Part shown: one piece after another, positions 1 through 11,070 of the stretch
Layout of the letters: each line of letters opens with the position of its first letter
How positions within the stretch are numbered: the first letter of the stretch is position 1
Assembly: GCA_963828525.1 (NCBI GenBank)
Contig: CAWHEP010000011.1
Coordinates: 189,133 to 253,132 of the forward strand
DNA length: 64,000 bases
Source of the DNA: an uncultured Verrucomicrobiae bacterium
GTDB taxonomy: Bacteria; Verrucomicrobiota; Verrucomicrobiia; Chthoniobacterales; Chthoniobacteraceae
Direction of reading: 5' to 3'
Notes under the pieces: generated by a model
Database searches by the model: none
What the model saw: the letters and a program-made list of their open reading frames with translations, nothing else
Told to the model about the DNA's origin: nothing
Program-made: the position numbers and the translations under genes

Positions 1-774
1 GTCATCGGTACCCTCTCGAGGGCTGATTTGCTCGAAGAAAAACGTCCAATGTTAATCCTCGTCGATCACTTTGAGCGCAACCAGTCGGTCTGCGGGATCG
101 AGCATGCCGAGATACAAGAGATCATCGATCACCATCGGGTCGGCAATATAGAGACGCTCCATCCCGTGCGCGTGGATTGCAGGCCCGTCGGGAGCACGGC
201 TTCCATTCTTGCCGCGCAATATGCCGAGGCCGGTCTTACTCCTTCGCGCGGCGAAGCGATTCTCCTGCTGGGAGCCTTGATTTCCGACACTCTCCTGCTG
301 ACTTCTCCAACCGCCACGCCGGGAGATTCAATCCTCGCGGCAAAGCTTGCGGAGATCGCGGGAGTGAACCTTGAGGAATTCGGGCGGTCCGTTCTCAGGG
401 AGAATGACGAGCTTGCCACCGCCTCACCTGCTGATCTGGTTGAAAAAGATCTTAAGGAGTTTCAGCATGGGGCCGTGCGCTTTTCCGCCTCACAGATAGA
501 AACGGTTGACCTCGGAATCCTCACAGCGCGGAGAACAAGCGCTCTTGCGAAGAGCCTGGACGCCATTCGCCGTGAACTTGGAGTCGCGTTCTCGCTGCTG
601 ATGGTCACCGACGTATTTAAAGGTGAGAGCCACGTCATCCTGTCTGACGAGAACCAGGCGCGCGCCGGAGTTCTGCTGGGAGGTCCCAGTCGAAAATTTG
701 CGGGGATGGTCTCGCGCAAGAAGCAGCTTCTTCCCATGATTTTGGGGAACCTGGAAGTTTTCACCTCGAGATGA
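1..774 (+). CDS. ppaC: Mn-dependent inorganic pyrophosphatase (DHH/DHHA2 family), 5' end outside window
   Basis: LILVDH...IIDHHR motif, PVGSTASI, ISDTLL and C-terminal VSRKKQ; frame open from base 1. Confidence 0.9.
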   Translation, partial: VIGTLSRADLLEEKRPMLILVDHFERNQSVCGIEHAEIQEIIDHHRVGNIETLHPVRVDCRPVGSTASILAAQYAEAGLTPSRGEAILLLGALISDTLLLTSPTATPGDSILAAKLAEIAGVNLEEFGRSVLRENDELATASPADLVEKDLKEFQHGAVRFSASQIETVDLGILTARRTSALAKSLDAIRRELGVAFSLLMVTDVFKGESHVILSDENQARAGVLLGGPSRKFAGMVSRKKQLLPMILGNLEVFTSR

Positions 775-2015
775 CTCCAAACCGGATAATTCATGTGCCG
801 CGTCGTTTCGTCGCGCATGAATGGGGAGGCACGGAAACCGTCGTCGGTTCGCTCGCCATCGAGCAGCAGAAAATGGGTCTGCGGCCTGAAATTCATACCT
901 CCCTCGCGCTGAGCGATAACCGGCGGGAAGACTGGAATTCCGTGCCGATCCGCCGTTACTCATACCAGTATCCTTTTTTCGGACTAAACGCGGTGCAAAA
1001 GGCTCAGATGGACAAGAAGGGCGGCAATCTTCTTTCCCTGGGTCTATTTGCCTCGCTGGCTTGTGCCAGGGATGTTCGCGTCTTCCACGCGCATGCCCTG
1101 AAGCGGCTTGGTGGCGAAGTGCTGACCGCCGCGCGAATTCAACGGAAGCCTTTCATCGTCACCCTTCATGGTGGTGTGTTCGATGTGCCTTCCGCCGAGT
1201 TGAGCCAGATGATGGAAGCGCAGAGCGGCAAGCTGGAGTGGGGAAAGATATTTGGCGCCCTGATGCGCTCGCGTCGTATCCTCGAAGACGCCGACGCGAT
1301 CATCTGCGTCGGTCGCAGTGAGTATGATCATGCGTTGAAGTCTCTCAGCCACGACAGGATCCATCATGTCGGGAACGGCGTTGACGCGGGCCGCTTTGCC
1401 CGGGGAGACGGAACAGCCTTTCGCGCCACGAACCACATTCCGGCGGATGCGCTCGTCCTCGCCTGCTACAGCCGATTCGACCCGCAGAAAGATCAGGGGA
1501 CGCTAATTGAGGCGTTCGATATACTTGCTCCGGCGTTCCCCACGCTTCATCTGGTTCTGGCCGGTCCGAGTACGGTTCCCTCGTTTGTGCAAGGTTTGGA
1601 TCAGCGCGTGGCAGCAAGCCCGTTCCACAGCAGGATTCGCCGCCTGGACTCGCTTCCTTTTGACGGTGACGCCCTGGTCAACGCTTATCACGGTTGCGAC
1701 ATTTTCGTCCTTCCTTCCCGGCATGAGCCATTCGGCATTGTGGTGCTGGAAGCGTGGAGCGCGGGCAAGCCAGTCGTTGTCAGCCGGGTAGGCGGCTTGC
1801 AGCACCTGGTGGCGGAGAACAAGGATGGTCTATTTTTCACTTCGGGGGATGCGGAGCAGTGCGCCGCGGAGTTGCGCCAGTTGCTCGAAAGCACCGGTTT
1901 CAGGGAGAGCCTGGGAGAAGCGGGCCGGCGCAAAGCGGCGGAGACTTACTCCTGGGGGCAAATCGCCCGCCAGACTGAGGATATCTACAAGCGCGCTGAA
2001 GCTCGGCGGGGGTAA
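771..2015 (+). CDS. Glycosyltransferase family 4 (GT-B)
   Basis: WGGTE N-terminal motif; FVLPSRHEPFGIVVLEAW (EX7E) signature. Confidence 0.92.
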   Translation: MTPNRIIHVPRRFVAHEWGGTETVVGSLAIEQQKMGLRPEIHTSLALSDNRREDWNSVPIRRYSYQYPFFGLNAVQKAQMDKKGGNLLSLGLFASLACARDVRVFHAHALKRLGGEVLTAARIQRKPFIVTLHGGVFDVPSAELSQMMEAQSGKLEWGKIFGALMRSRRILEDADAIICVGRSEYDHALKSLSHDRIHHVGNGVDAGRFARGDGTAFRATNHIPADALVLACYSRFDPQKDQGTLIEAFDILAPAFPTLHLVLAGPSTVPSFVQGLDQRVAASPFHSRIRRLDSLPFDGDALVNAYHGCDIFVLPSRHEPFGIVVLEAWSAGKPVVVSRVGGLQHLVAENKDGLFFTSGDAEQCAAELRQLLESTGFRESLGEAGRRKAAETYSWGQIARQTEDIYKRAEARRG

Positions 2016-2114
2016 AGGGCGCAGGACAGTGGCAAACGGTTCGCTTCGCTTTGGAATGGTATCTGCCTGCAGGGGCCGGGGATTACAGATGGCAAACCTT
2101 AAGGGACTGCCGAG

Positions 2115-3470
2115 ATGACGACGATGGACTTCATCAAGGCGCCGATCATCCTCTTCGGCTACCTGCTCTTCGCGCCTTTGCTGGGGGTGCTTATCAAACA
2201 GTCAAGGAAGGGCCGGTGTTGCGTCTTCGGACTCATGGTCTTCATGACTTCGTGGCACATCAATAAATTCACACTCATGCTCCTCTCCGTGGAAAAGTAC
2301 CGGGGGCACACCAAAGGGTTTGAATTCTCGTTCATTGAGATTCTCGCGCTTTCGCTGATCGTCGCTTCCGTCCTGGGCCGCCAACCCAAGGATCCTCGCT
2401 GGAGGTGGCTTCCCCCCGGCACTTTGCTTTATCTGCTGTATTGCCTGCTCTCGTGGGCATCCATCTTCGGCGCGCCGAATTTCCTGTACGGCGTGATGGC
2501 CGGAGTTCGCTTCACGAAAGTGGTCGTTATCTTCATCGGAGCCTTCCACTTTATTCGCGAGGAGGAGGATCTGGGCTTTCTGCTGAAGTCCATGTCTTTT
2601 ACCCTGGGAGTGCAGTTGATGGTGGTGCTGAAGATGAAGTATGTGGATCACTTCTACCAGATACACGGCTGGTTCGAGCACCAGAACCCCCTCGCCATGT
2701 GGGCTTACCTTTGCGGGCTGCCTCTGCTGGCCTGCGCGATGAGCGATGTTCCCAAAGCCGACACGCGCTGGTATGCCGGCGGTTTCGCCGCCTCCGCCAT
2801 CATCGTTCAGAGTTCGCTTTCCCGCGCCTCTCTCATGATGTTTGCCGCCGGGGTCATCCTGGTGGTGGCGTTTTCCATGGCGGATCGCTTCACGTCAAAA
2901 CGCGTCTTTTTTGTGATCGGCATGTCAGTAGTCGGCTTCCTTGGCTTGCTCGCCTCGGCGCACACCATCGTCGCCAGGTTCCACGATGAAGGTAACGAGG
3001 CAAGCGGCGAGACGCGCACCGTGATGAATCTCGCCGCCAAGGCAATGCTGCGCCATTCAGCGACTGGCATCGGCTGGAATAACTTTGCCCTCGCGATCAA
3101 CCATCCCTTTGAGTATGGAGATGTGATCGACGATTGGGAACGGGATCGAGGACACACAGTGGATGAGGATTACGCAAAGGGAGTGGTCGAGAGCCATTAC
3201 TGGCTGCTGCTCGCGGAGACGGGTTACGGGGGCCTGTCTACCTACCTCCTGTTTGCCGCGGCGGGCCTCTGGTGGTGCTTTCGTGGCGCTCTATTCTGGC
3301 GCGGACGTTTCCCCGCAGCTTTCCTCGGCGGGCTCTTCGTAGCTCTCCTTTTGACTTACGTTCACAGCAACCTGGAGCGCGTTCTGACCCAGACAAAGAA
3401 CATGTCCATGTGGATGATTCTCCTCGCCGCCGCCGCGAGGCTTGATGTCTGGAGGCGGGCAAGCAAGTAA
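2115..3470 (+). CDS. O-antigen ligase/polymerase (Wzy_C-like) membrane protein
   Basis: Many TM segments; HQNPLA, SLSRAS, GIGWNNF and late H-x-x-LLLAETG motifs. Confidence 0.8.
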   Translation: MTTMDFIKAPIILFGYLLFAPLLGVLIKQSRKGRCCVFGLMVFMTSWHINKFTLMLLSVEKYRGHTKGFEFSFIEILALSLIVASVLGRQPKDPRWRWLPPGTLLYLLYCLLSWASIFGAPNFLYGVMAGVRFTKVVVIFIGAFHFIREEEDLGFLLKSMSFTLGVQLMVVLKMKYVDHFYQIHGWFEHQNPLAMWAYLCGLPLLACAMSDVPKADTRWYAGGFAASAIIVQSSLSRASLMMFAAGVILVVAFSMADRFTSKRVFFVIGMSVVGFLGLLASAHTIVARFHDEGNEASGETRTVMNLAAKAMLRHSATGIGWNNFALAINHPFEYGDVIDDWERDRGHTVDEDYAKGVVESHYWLLLAETGYGGLSTYLLFAAAGLWWCFRGALFWRGRFPAAFLGGLFVALLLTYVHSNLERVLTQTKNMSMWMILLAAAARLDVWRRASK

Positions 3471-3471
3471 G

Positions 3472-3867
3472 ATGGGCATTCGGAGGCGCGCAATCTGGCT
3501 CGCCGCTTCGCTGGCGGTATTTGCCGCGGTGATTGGATCTTTTTATGTCATCCACTCGGGGATCACTGTCGCTGTTTACAACAACACCAGTCACCTCTTC
3601 CGACGCGTGACCGTGGCGGTTGGCGATGAGTCCCATGCAAGCGAGGGGCTGGATTGCAGGGAGAGCATCGCTTTCACATTCAAGGCGCCGGATCATTCGC
3701 GCGATGTGCGGCTTATCGTGGACTCCGACGCGCCCGTTATATGGCACGCCCCCGCCCTGGCCTCTTCGAAAGTCGCCAGTATTACTTTGCGCGTGGACGA
3801 TTACGGGGGTGTAACGATGAGTGTTGAAAATAGTTGGGGATTCACCCTATCGCGTCTGTTAGACTAG
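3472..3867 (+). CDS. Hypothetical membrane-anchored protein
   Basis: ATG right after upstream stop, N-terminal TM helix, operonic spacing. Confidence 0.6.
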   Translation: MGIRRRAIWLAASLAVFAAVIGSFYVIHSGITVAVYNNTSHLFRRVTVAVGDESHASEGLDCRESIAFTFKAPDHSRDVRLIVDSDAPVIWHAPALASSKVASITLRVDDYGGVTMSVENSWGFTLSRLLD

Positions 3868-3870
3868 CGA

Positions 3871-4254
3871 ATGCCCGAAGACTTTTCTGAGTTGGATGGC
3901 CTGCCAGCGTTTGACCGGGATCGGTTCGATATCCTATCGGAGCTGAGTGATGATGGCGACTCGGGCATCCTCAAGGAAATCACGCGCCAGTTTCTGGATG
4001 ACGTTGAACCTATCGCCCGCAAGATCGATGAGGGGTGCGCTGTGGGTGAATCCATGCAGGTGGCACATGAAGCGCACGCGTTGAAGGGTGGAGCCGGGCA
4101 GTTCGGATTGCTGAAGGTGGAAGAAGTTGCCCGTCGCCTCGAACTGGCCGCAAGGGCCGGGAAGTGGGATGAAATCGAACGCTGGCGGGTGGAAATAAAA
4201 AAAGCGCTTCCAGAAGGGATTGAACCTCTGGAGCGCTTTGTTAAGGAAGTTTAG
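3871..4254 (+). CDS. Stand-alone Hpt (histidine phosphotransfer) domain protein
   Basis: AHALKGGAGQFG Hpt motif. Confidence 0.9.
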   Translation: MPEDFSELDGLPAFDRDRFDILSELSDDGDSGILKEITRQFLDDVEPIARKIDEGCAVGESMQVAHEAHALKGGAGQFGLLKVEEVARRLELAARAGKWDEIERWRVEIKKALPEGIEPLERFVKEV

Positions 4255-4262
4255 GCTGAGGG

Positions 4263-5204
4263 TTAGCGCGATGCCGAGCTGCGGTTTCTGGCCTGCCAGC
4301 CAACGACTGCCAGGAAGCTGAGCAGCACCAACCAGGTGCGAGGCTCAGGGGCTGCGACAATCCCGCGACTGTTTACCGGGCCGCTGCCCTGCACAATCTG
4401 GTTATAGATCGCGTTGTTCGCGGTGAGATGATCCCGGGCGGGAGCGCTTCCAGCGTCTTGCGTGACAACCATGTGGTCGATGAGGAACCCTGTAGGATTC
4501 TTGTCATATGCATAATGTCCGTTCACCAACTGATCGTTGTTGTTCGCCACAATCATGTCCAGGAGCGCGCCGTCTTTAGGGCTGAAGTTAAAGTGATACC
4601 CCATTTGTCCAGCGTTGTTCCAGGTTTCCTGTGTCGCGAAAGGCTGGAGCAGGAAGCTCTTTGCCGCCACCGAGCCGCCCACCGCCATCTCAAAATGGTT
4701 ATCCGCGTTGATCTCGCCGATACTCACATGTACTTCGCCACCATTCGGGTTGATGTAGCTGGAGAGGTTCAGCCGAAAGTCGTAATTGCCCGGCGGGTTA
4801 ATTGGCGTTCCGCCATTCGCTTGCTTAGGCTCAGCGGCGATCCACTGCGCGCCGTCATGCGGGTTGTACCAGCCTGGGCGATTTGCTCCGCTCACCACGT
4901 AAGCATCCGTGCCGATGGGGAGTGTGGCGCTCGGCGACGAGATCAATCCGGAGATTGCTGCGTTCGGGTTTGAAACCGAACTGCCAAATACCTGCCCCCT
5001 GGTCAGACCGTATGAATCGGTGAATCCCTCGAATTGCCAGTTGGTGTCCTGGGTTACCGCGCTGGAGCCGGCGCCCGTCGTCAGGAGGTTATTGTTGAAG
5101 CCATTCACCCCTGTGGAGGAGCTAAACAGCGTTGTCTCTGCGCTCGCCCCGGAGGCGGCGGTGAGCAGGGTTAGTATCAGCAGGTTTTTAATGGAATAGG
5201 TCAT
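4263..5204 (-). CDS. PEP-CTERM sorting-domain surface protein
   Basis: Signal peptide; C-terminal APEPRTW + hydrophobic helix + basic tail. Confidence 0.85.
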   Translation of the reverse strand: MTYSIKNLLILTLLTAASGASAETTLFSSSTGVNGFNNNLLTTGAGSSAVTQDTNWQFEGFTDSYGLTRGQVFGSSVSNPNAAISGLISSPSATLPIGTDAYVVSGANRPGWYNPHDGAQWIAAEPKQANGGTPINPPGNYDFRLNLSSYINPNGGEVHVSIGEINADNHFEMAVGGSVAAKSFLLQPFATQETWNNAGQMGYHFNFSPKDGALLDMIVANNNDQLVNGHYAYDKNPTGFLIDHMVVTQDAGSAPARDHLTANNAIYNQIVQGSGPVNSRGIVAAPEPRTWLVLLSFLAVVGWQARNRSSASR

Positions 5205-5217
5205 GGGTAGAACGTTT

Positions 5218-5234
5218 AGCAGCCCCCATGCCAG
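5218..5234 (-). promoter_or_regulatory. Sigma54 (-24/-12) promoter of the PEP-CTERM gene
   Basis: Minus strand CTGGCATGGGGGCTGCT = TGGCA..., GG-N10-GC, just upstream of the ATG. Confidence 0.7.
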
Positions 5235-5381
5235 TAAATATGGTAATTATAGTACTTGATAAACTTCTGCGTCGGGATCGCTAAACGATCTCCCCTACAC
5301 GCAGATTCCCCCACCGGTAGGGGAGGACCTCCTCATTCTTGAGAAGCACCGGATCACTTTTGCGAGATGATACGCGATACC

Positions 5382-5993
5382 CTAGCCTGCGTTCCTTAGG
5401 CGGGGAGTCAATTCTGTGAGGAGCAAAGCAACCGACTCCTCCACAGTGACAACAGCGGTATGCGCGGTGATGTCGGGGGTCGCCGGGGCTTCGTACGGGG
5501 CATCGATCCCCGTAAAATCCTTGATCTCGCCTGATCTGGCCTTCTTATACAGATCCTTGGGGTCACGCCGCTCGCATACATCCAGCGGCGCGTTTACAAA
5601 AATCTCGATGAATTCGATGCCTCCTTCTTGAGCGATCTCCCTCGCCCGCGCTCGGTCTTCACGGTAGGGCGAGATGAACGCGGCGATCACCACCGTGCCC
5701 GCTTCGGCCATCAACCGCGCGACTTCGGCCACTCGCCGGATATTCTCGATGCGATCCGCGTGTGAAAAGCCGAGATTGGAGTTCAGGCCGTGCCGGATGT
5801 TGTCCCCGTCCAGCACATAGGTATGCATAGACTGGCGAAACAGCTCACTTTCCAGCCGCCGCGCAATGCTCGACTTTCCCGAGCCGGAGAGCCCAGTCAG
5901 CCACACGACCGCCCCCTTGTGGCCGTTGCGCAGCCAGCGATCCGCGGCTGATACATGGCCTTCCGACCACGAGATGTTACTGCTTTTGATCAA
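5382..5993 (-). CDS. cysC: Adenylyl-sulfate kinase
   Basis: [43 protein letters not shown]. Confidence 0.96.
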   Translation of the reverse strand: MIKSSNISWSEGHVSAADRWLRNGHKGAVVWLTGLSGSGKSSIARRLESELFRQSMHTYVLDGDNIRHGLNSNLGFSHADRIENIRRVAEVARLMAEAGTVVIAAFISPYREDRARAREIAQEGGIEFIEIFVNAPLDVCERRDPKDLYKKARSGEIKDFTGIDAPYEAPATPDITAHTAVVTVEESVALLLTELTPRLRNAG

Positions 5994-6082
5994 TCGCGCA
6001 TCTTTGACAGGATGATTAGGGTTGCGCTCGAAGGATGAAGAGAGCCTGTGCTTTGCGCGCCCCGAAGTCCGGGGCTCTCGTC

Positions 6083-8068
6083 CTACGCCAGCTCCTGCGC
6101 GGCTTTTAGCACTGCGTCAGCCGTAATCCCCAGTGCCTGCATAACCTTGTCTCCGGGGCCGCTGAGGCCGAACTTCTCCAAGCCCACCACTTTTCCATCC
6201 AGCCCCACATAGCGGAACCATAAATTTGGGGTGCCGGCTTCGATGGCGACCCGCCGGCGGCAGGAAGGAGGCAAAACTTCATCCTTGTAAGCTTCCGACT
6301 CCCGGTTAAAGCGCTCGAAACAGGGCATCGAGACTACGCGCGTCCCCGCGCCCAGTTTTTCCGCCGCCGCGAGGGCGTGCTGCAACTCGCTGCCACAGGA
6401 GAGTATGATCGTCTCCAGTACGCCCGTCTCCTTTAAAGCGACATAGCCGCCGCGCGCCACTCCCTCGCGGCGCAACTTAACAGGAATCTTCGTGAGCATC
6501 GGGACGTTCTGCCGCGTCAACGCGAGCAGTGTCGGGCTGTCGGTCCGGCTGAGCGCGGCTACAAATGCTCCGGCAGTCTCCTCCGGATCGGCGGGGCGGA
6601 TAACATCCAGGTTTGGGATCAGCCTCAGAGAACTTACCGTCTCCACGGGCTCGTGCGTCGGTCCATCTTCGCCCACCCCGATTGAGTCGTGGGTATATAT
6701 ATAGAGGACAGGCAAATTCGCGAGTGAGGCCAGCCGCATTGATGGTCTCGAATAATCGGCGAATACCAGGAACGTGGCGCCTGAAGGGCGGAAAATGCCG
6801 TCATACCCGAAGCCGTTCAGGATCGCCGCCATACCATGTTCGCGGATGCCGAAATGGATGTTGCGACCCGCATGGTTGTTCCGGGTGAAATCGCCGCCAT
6901 CCTTGATGTAGTTCAGCGTTGAACCATGCAGATCCGCGCTGCCGCTGATCAGCAAAGGCATGGCCGCCGCGATCGGCTGGAGCACTTCGCTCCCCGCCTT
7001 GCGAGTCGCGATCTTCTGGTCAGGCGCAAACTCCGGGATTCGGGCTAGCAGGTCGGACGGGATTTCTTTGTTCTCTCCCATGTCCAGCAGGCTCGCCAAC
7101 TCGGGATTCTCGCTCCGCCATTCTTTATAGTCCGCCTTCCACTTGTCGTATTTCTCGATGAGCTTCTTCTTGTGCCCCGCGAAATAGGCGCGCACCTCCG
7201 GGGAGACATAGAAATGCTCATCTGGAAGACCCAGCCCCTTCCGCGCGGCATCCACGAACTTCGCGCCGCCTTCACCGTGCGCCTTGCTCGTTCCCTCCAC
7301 CTCCGGAATGCCACGTCCGATGATCGTCTTGGCGATGATCATATGAGGCTTGCCGTTTGCCAGCTTGGCCTTCTCTACCGCTTCGAGGAAGGCGACCATG
7401 TCATGCCCATCCACGTGCTGCACATCAAAGCCGTACGCCTCAAATCGCTTTGCCGTGTCCTCACTCTGCGTCACGCTCGCCATTGCGTCCAGCGTCACCG
7501 CATTGGAGTCATAGATGAAAATCAGGTTATCCAGCCCGAAATGCCCCGCGAACGCGGCCGCCTCGTGGGAGATGCCCTCCTGCAGGCATCCATCGCCCGC
7601 CAGGCAGAAAATGTGATTGTCGAAGATGGTGTGCTTTGCCGTGTTGAATCGGGCGGCAGCCATCTTTTGTGATACGGCGTATCCCACCGCGTTCCCCGTG
7701 CCTTGCCCGAGCGGCCCAGTGGTTGCTTCGACTCCCGGCGTTTCGAAATGCTCCGGATGTCCCGGAGTGTGGCTCCCCAACTGGCGGAACTTCTTCACCT
7801 GCTCCAGCGGCAGATCGAACCCAGCGAGATGAAGCCACGCGTACAGGAACATGCTCCCATGTCCCGCCGAAAGGATGAACCGATCCCGGTTTAGCCAATC
7901 CGGCTTATCCGGGTTGTAGTTTAGCGCGTGCCCGTAAAGGACAGCGCCCATATCCGCGCAGCCGAGCGGCAGACCCAGGTGACCCGACTTGCACGTTTCC
8001 ACGGCGTCCATTGCCAGCCCGCGCGCTTCGTTCGCCGCGCGTGAAAGGATTTCGAGATTCATATTCAT
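6083..8068 (-). CDS. tkt: Transketolase
   Basis: [36 protein letters not shown]; start placed at MNMNLE. Confidence 0.96.
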   Translation of the reverse strand: MNMNLEILSRAANEARGLAMDAVETCKSGHLGLPLGCADMGAVLYGHALNYNPDKPDWLNRDRFILSAGHGSMFLYAWLHLAGFDLPLEQVKKFRQLGSHTPGHPEHFETPGVEATTGPLGQGTGNAVGYAVSQKMAAARFNTAKHTIFDNHIFCLAGDGCLQEGISHEAAAFAGHFGLDNLIFIYDSNAVTLDAMASVTQSEDTAKRFEAYGFDVQHVDGHDMVAFLEAVEKAKLANGKPHMIIAKTIIGRGIPEVEGTSKAHGEGGAKFVDAARKGLGLPDEHFYVSPEVRAYFAGHKKKLIEKYDKWKADYKEWRSENPELASLLDMGENKEIPSDLLARIPEFAPDQKIATRKAGSEVLQPIAAAMPLLISGSADLHGSTLNYIKDGGDFTRNNHAGRNIHFGIREHGMAAILNGFGYDGIFRPSGATFLVFADYSRPSMRLASLANLPVLYIYTHDSIGVGEDGPTHEPVETVSSLRLIPNLDVIRPADPEETAGAFVAALSRTDSPTLLALTRQNVPMLTKIPVKLRREGVARGGYVALKETGVLETIILSCGSELQHALAAAEKLGAGTRVVSMPCFERFNRESEAYKDEVLPPSCRRRVAIEAGTPNLWFRYVGLDGKVVGLEKFGLSGPGDKVMQALGITADAVLKAAQELA

Positions 8069-8162
8069 AGGAGTAGGAAGGGTATGGCCTCGGTGAGCCT
8101 CCGCAAGACTAGGATTTCGATATTCGAAGTCAAAGCAGTTTTCACCGGGGGATGTGGGCGGT

Positions 8163-8834
8163 TCAACTGGATGGGAGGAGGCGTCGAAGCTCACGTTGTC
8201 CGCTCTGAGCAGCAAGCCGAAGCGCGCACCTATTCGTAAAGGCTTCCTCATGGCGCCGCCTCCAAGTCGTCAAACGGGGTTCGTGGTCTTCAGAGAAGTA
8301 ACTCGCGGTGTTTTTGGGCGAGTAGTTTTTCTGCCAGATTATTGTCGCGACGAAATTCTCCTCCCCGAAAATCTCATCCAGCATTGCTCGTAGCCGGTGA
8401 ACCTCGTTGTCGTCGATAGAGACGAAGATAGCGCCATCTTCGGCGAGGAGTTCCTTGAGGAGCTGGATACGGGGCCACATCATGCAGAGCCATTTGTCGT
8501 GGCGCTGGAGGTCGTCTCGCTCGACCGGGTTGCCAGACTTTTTCAACCACTCGCGCATGAGAGGGGCGTTCACGGCATCGTTGTAGCACCAGCCTTCGGT
8601 GCCGGTGTTGTAGGGCGGGTCGATGTAGATGCAGTCCACCCGCCCGGCGTAGCGCGGGAGGAGGGCCTTGAGGGCCTCGAGATTGTCGCCGTGGAGGATG
8701 AGGTTGTCGTCGAGGTCAGGCTGTGTGCCCTCAGCCGCACAGCTTTTCTCCGGCACCACGAGCAAATCGCGATACGGCACGCCAAGGTGGTGCGTGTAGA
8801 CGAAGCTTTTCCCTTTGAAATCAAGTAACGGCAT
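8163..8834 (-). pseudogene. Truncated Type III R-M Mod-like adenine methyltransferase (N-terminal part only)
   Basis: HGDNLEALKAL...IYIDPPYNTG...IFVSIDDNE...FSEDHE, then similarity stops; no FxGSG motif I and no res gene. Confidence 0.8.
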
Positions 8835-10138
8835 ATTTTGGCGACGGCTAAGGATTGGCTCTACTCGGAACAAGGTTGCTGGAGCGGAGTGGGATTTACA
8901 AGGCTGGAGCGAAGGGACTCCCCGACATCTCTGAACGTTCTCGATGGTCCGGGGGGGAGAAACTACGCGGAAGACGCGTCGCGGAAGGGACGGGCGAATG
9001 GGAAGCCGAAGAGGAACTGTCGCGTTCACGGAGGTAAAGCGATCATTAACCAGCAGATGCAGAAAGAAAGCGCAAGGAAGAGGTATATCGCGCGCACGCA
9101 ACTTGGAAGTCTTTGGAAGGAGGTATGCCGGGCGCGCGGAACAGGAACGAAGGCAGATACAGAAACAGGATAACCGCGAATAGCGGGAACAATGCCGAGA
9201 AAAGCAGTTGCTTAAGGATCGCGCTGATCATGGTTGCGACACAATCACGCAATCAGACCTCGAATGCTGACCCGAAGCGCATCGACGTCTCATCGCGATT
9301 CGATCGCTACAGGAGGCTCAGGCTGGCCGAATGCCACAAGCGCGATCAGGGAAGCCACAAGGACACCTGCGAACCAGACAGCGCCAAAAGCGTTCAGCAG
9401 TCTCATCTCGCCAAACTAAGCGACGGCAAATTCAAGTCGAACGATTTCGCTGAGCGCGCTCGCCAGCGTTGAAGAAGTCGCCGCGTGACAAGCAACTCCA
9501 CGGAGAGCACCACGGCCGCAAGCAACGCCCGCGTATCCGTCAGTTTCCCCATCATCCTTCGCCCAAGCGCGGGTCCGACCGGATTGAGAATCTCCGCCGT
9601 GCTCATTGCGCGTTCCTCCCCGCGATGCGATATTTGAGGCGTGAACCGGAAGCCCAAAGCATTCCACAAGCCGCCGCGCGAACTTCGCGAAGCTCAGGCC
9701 CTGCCTCCCGAGAAGCGCCGGGCAAAGCGCAATGTGCGGATCGTGGTCGGGCAGTGGTAATCACTTTTCGACCTCCTTCACAAGTTACCTCGACATGGCC
9801 GGATGTGGCCGTGTCTGACTCCACCCGCCACCTCACAACCTCGAACGTTGTTCCGTGGATTGTGATACACTCCGCGTCCGTCGCGGTTGCCGCATTGAGT
9901 TAAAAAGGAATGATCGGAAAATGAATCAACCGCAGGATCCTGGTTGTTGCACGTAAGACGAGGCATCGAAGCCTTGCGCTTGAGACGATGTGGAAGAAGG
10001 AAGGGCGAGTGTCCAGGGGCCGCATGCAGGAATCCTTTGGCGTACCTCCGAAACGCCCCAGACATCTCACGCGTGCAGGATAGCGGGACTGAGGACGGTT
10101 TTCAACTTTTCACTCATGAGCCTGGTGATCGGTCTTGC

Positions 10139-10391
10139 AACCCGAAATTGGCTCGCAGTTGATTTGACAGGATTGAGTCGGCTTGCCTGCCTTCCGCGGA
10201 ATTGCATGAGTCCATCGCGGCGGAAGGCGGTCGCGCTGGTGAAAGAGGTGTTTGAGGAGCGGGCCGGGACTAGCAGAACGTGCTGAAGCGTAAGCCTTGG
10301 GCGCCATTCGCTTTTAACTCGCGATGGCAAAGCATACGACGCGGACGCGCCGGGCTGCCCATCGCGGTGGCTACGAAAAGGGGAGGCGGGT
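10139..10391 (+). repeat. Repeat A copy 1 (degenerate copy of 11071-11458)
   Basis: Shares e.g. ggcttg..tgccttcc, tttgaggagcg, gctgaagcgtaagcc, ccattcgcttttaac and the terminal AAAAGGGGAGGCGGGT; has indels. Left boundary approximate. Confidence 0.85.
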
Positions 10392-10525
10392 GAGCCGGTG
10401 AATGTCTTCGTTACATCCGGTTCTACGCAAGTAGCCCTACAGTTTGGTGCGGGCTACCTGGTTGCCGCCAACGGGTCGATCCTACCGCCTTCTTCGCGTC
10501 CGCGCTATCAAATGCTCGCAAACGC
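10391..10525 (-). repeat. Repeat B copy 1: promoter + 5' part of the structured RNA candidate
   Basis: 135-bp ungapped match to 12094-12228 with 11 differences (hand count). Confidence 0.95.
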
Positions 10526-10589
10526 TGAGGGTTCGGAGGGGACGCGGGTTATTCGGAACAGGATCGCTGGGGTGCTGGAGTTTCTGGCG

Positions 10590-11050
10590 AATGCAGGCTA
10601 CAATCCGATGCAGCCGAGGGACAAGAGGAAGTTCGCGGGCTATAACAGCCCCGCTGAAGGAGGCGCTGGGGGAAGACTTCATCCTTAGATGACACGAAGC
10701 CGATCACGCCTGACGACGCTGCGCGACTGATGCTTGCGCATCCAGATCATCCAGCGACGGTGGCTTTTCGCACCTACTTCAACAGTGGCATGAAAGGAAT
10801 TACCGAGACGCAGGGAAAGCTGATCGACAGAACACTAAGAAGACTACCTCCCTATCAGCCCGGTGTGCCCCTCTACAGGGGCATAGAGACTGCGGGGGCT
10901 CCGCAGAGGGATGCGCTTGCAGGTAGAATATGGGCAGAAAAGAGGGTTGCGATGAAGGCCTGGGTAACAAGTGCTCCAAAGGACAGCCGTATCGCCGCCG
11001 CATTTGCCAAGAGCCACGGGATCATCCTGGCGGCTATGAAGGTGAAACAG
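10590..11050 (+). pseudogene. Phage-type ADP-ribosyltransferase-like fragment
   Basis: GYNPMQPRD motif typical of phage head-associated proteins, then LRRLPPY...LYRG...VTSAPKDSRIAAAFA...GIIL (ART R and S/T motifs); truncated before the catalytic Glu. Confidence 0.55.
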
Positions 11051-11070
11051 CCTGGTCATCGAACCTTTCT

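Noticed and set aside
8840..10130. Short ORFs between mod and repeat A1
   Set aside because: Hydrophobic fragments with no motif I can recognise. Probably decayed genes, but not supportable as calls.
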